DNA of 63,919 nt, filler included, from Octopus bimaculoides (lineage: Eukaryota), in the NCBI RefSeq assembly GCF_001194135.2. It is 6 parts of 6 records of this genome, joined end to end, with 100 filler letters (N's around TTAATTAATTAA, not from the genome) between each part and the next. Parts side by side here need not be neighbours in the genome. Positions count along the whole stretch, not along the records: positions 62,733 to 63,919 come from NW_026400163.1; 5 more parts are not named here. One strand, written 5' to 3'. The notes under the pieces were generated by a model. That model was not told the origin of the DNA, did no database searches, and worked only from the letters and a program-made list of their open reading frames with translations. Position numbers and translations under genes: made by a program. Below, piece after piece: positions 63,052-63,919 of the stretch (position 1 is the stretch's first letter; the number at the start of each line of letters is the position of its first letter).

Positions 63052-63720
63052 CATATATATATATATATATGTGAATGGGCGGAATTATGATGTAAGCACG
63101 TGCTAAAACCCCTCATAGCTTTTGTATTTTTACAAATTTTTACGAAATTTTTTCGATTCTGTCTTTTGCATAATGGAATTGACATGATTATGCAAAAAAA
63201 AAATCTCCCACCTGTTAATTTTCTTTTTGATTCGTGGTTTTAAAATACAGACAGTCAGGATCTACCATTCATTTCCCTTTATAATTTCCAAATAATTTTT
63301 TAATACCTATATGGAAGAAAGTCAAGTGACAGCTTTCACACTTTTTCACATAATCCTGAACTTTATATGTGAAATGCTGCATGTCCATTAGCAACATTAG
63401 CAGACAGACAGCCATGCAGTGGTACTACATATAGTCCAAGTAGATGAAGACCTTCCTTTTAAGAGGTAAAGTTGGATAGTGGTGAAAAAGTTTTGGATAC
63501 TTGTGATTGTTGTAACTGATGGTGTGCCAGTTTTTTATGTGTGTATGGGCATGTATAAAGATACAATTAAAACAATACGTATACACCCACGTATATATAC
63601 ATACATACATATATATATACATACATACACACATATATATATATATATATATATACATACACATATATATATATACATACATACACACACNNNNNNNNNN
63701 ATACATACACATATATATAT

Positions 63721-63763
<43 letters not shown>

Positions 63764-63919
63764 CACACACACAACAAAGCCAAATGGTGTGAATTTTCTA
63801 AAACTCCTTTGAGGAAAAACGATTTTCACAATGAATTCCAATTTAATCAGAATCTACATGACCTGAAGAATATTTGTAGAAAAGAAATATTTAATTTTCT
63901 CAAAGTTATGAAGAAGCAA

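Noticed and set aside
63401-63465. Possible exon QTDSHAVVLHIVQVDEDLPFKR
   Set aside because: The polypyrimidine tract is weak and the peptide is unrecognised, so support is insufficient.
63779-63919. Open frame of about 47 codons running off the window end
   Set aside because: It has no start or credible acceptor (it is preceded by (CA)n), and its length is compatible with chance.

Overview
This is an AT-rich, microsatellite-saturated animal genomic window. About 11 kb (roughly 17%) is N in 28 gaps, and five gaps carry an artificial N44-TTAATTAATTAA-N44 join marker. The repeat families resemble those I recall from octopod cephalopods (Octopus); this is an inference, not a database result. 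No intact host gene, tRNA/rRNA gene or CRISPR array is supportable, and almost all ORFs in the supplied track are microsatellite or N-gap artefacts. The window is mostly decayed mobile elements. It holds several tRNA-headed SINE families, labelled A, B, C, D and F here, in many copies. It also holds a D,D34D mariner relic, a long-TIR Tc1/mariner deletion derivative, and non-LTR retrotransposon relics (R4/Dong-like RLE elements, CR1, L1/Tx1, RTE, Penelope-like GIY-YIG). Most worth following up: (1) a hammerhead-ribozyme-like fold at 49805-49877, with further decayed hammerhead-like motifs elsewhere; (2) an R4/Dong-like LINE family whose 3' UTR carries internal and terminal (ATAC)n, plus a second one nested in (TAA)n; (3) a SINE tail shared with an apparent L1/Tx1 3' end, and modular SINE domains; (4) a perfect 115-bp palindrome; (5) a CpG-poor contig with a candidate 81-nt exon; (6) a 33-bp repeat encoding an 11-aa LTTxIWHLNND unit. 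I found no convincing wholly new biological system. The leads are retroelement biology and need the checks listed.
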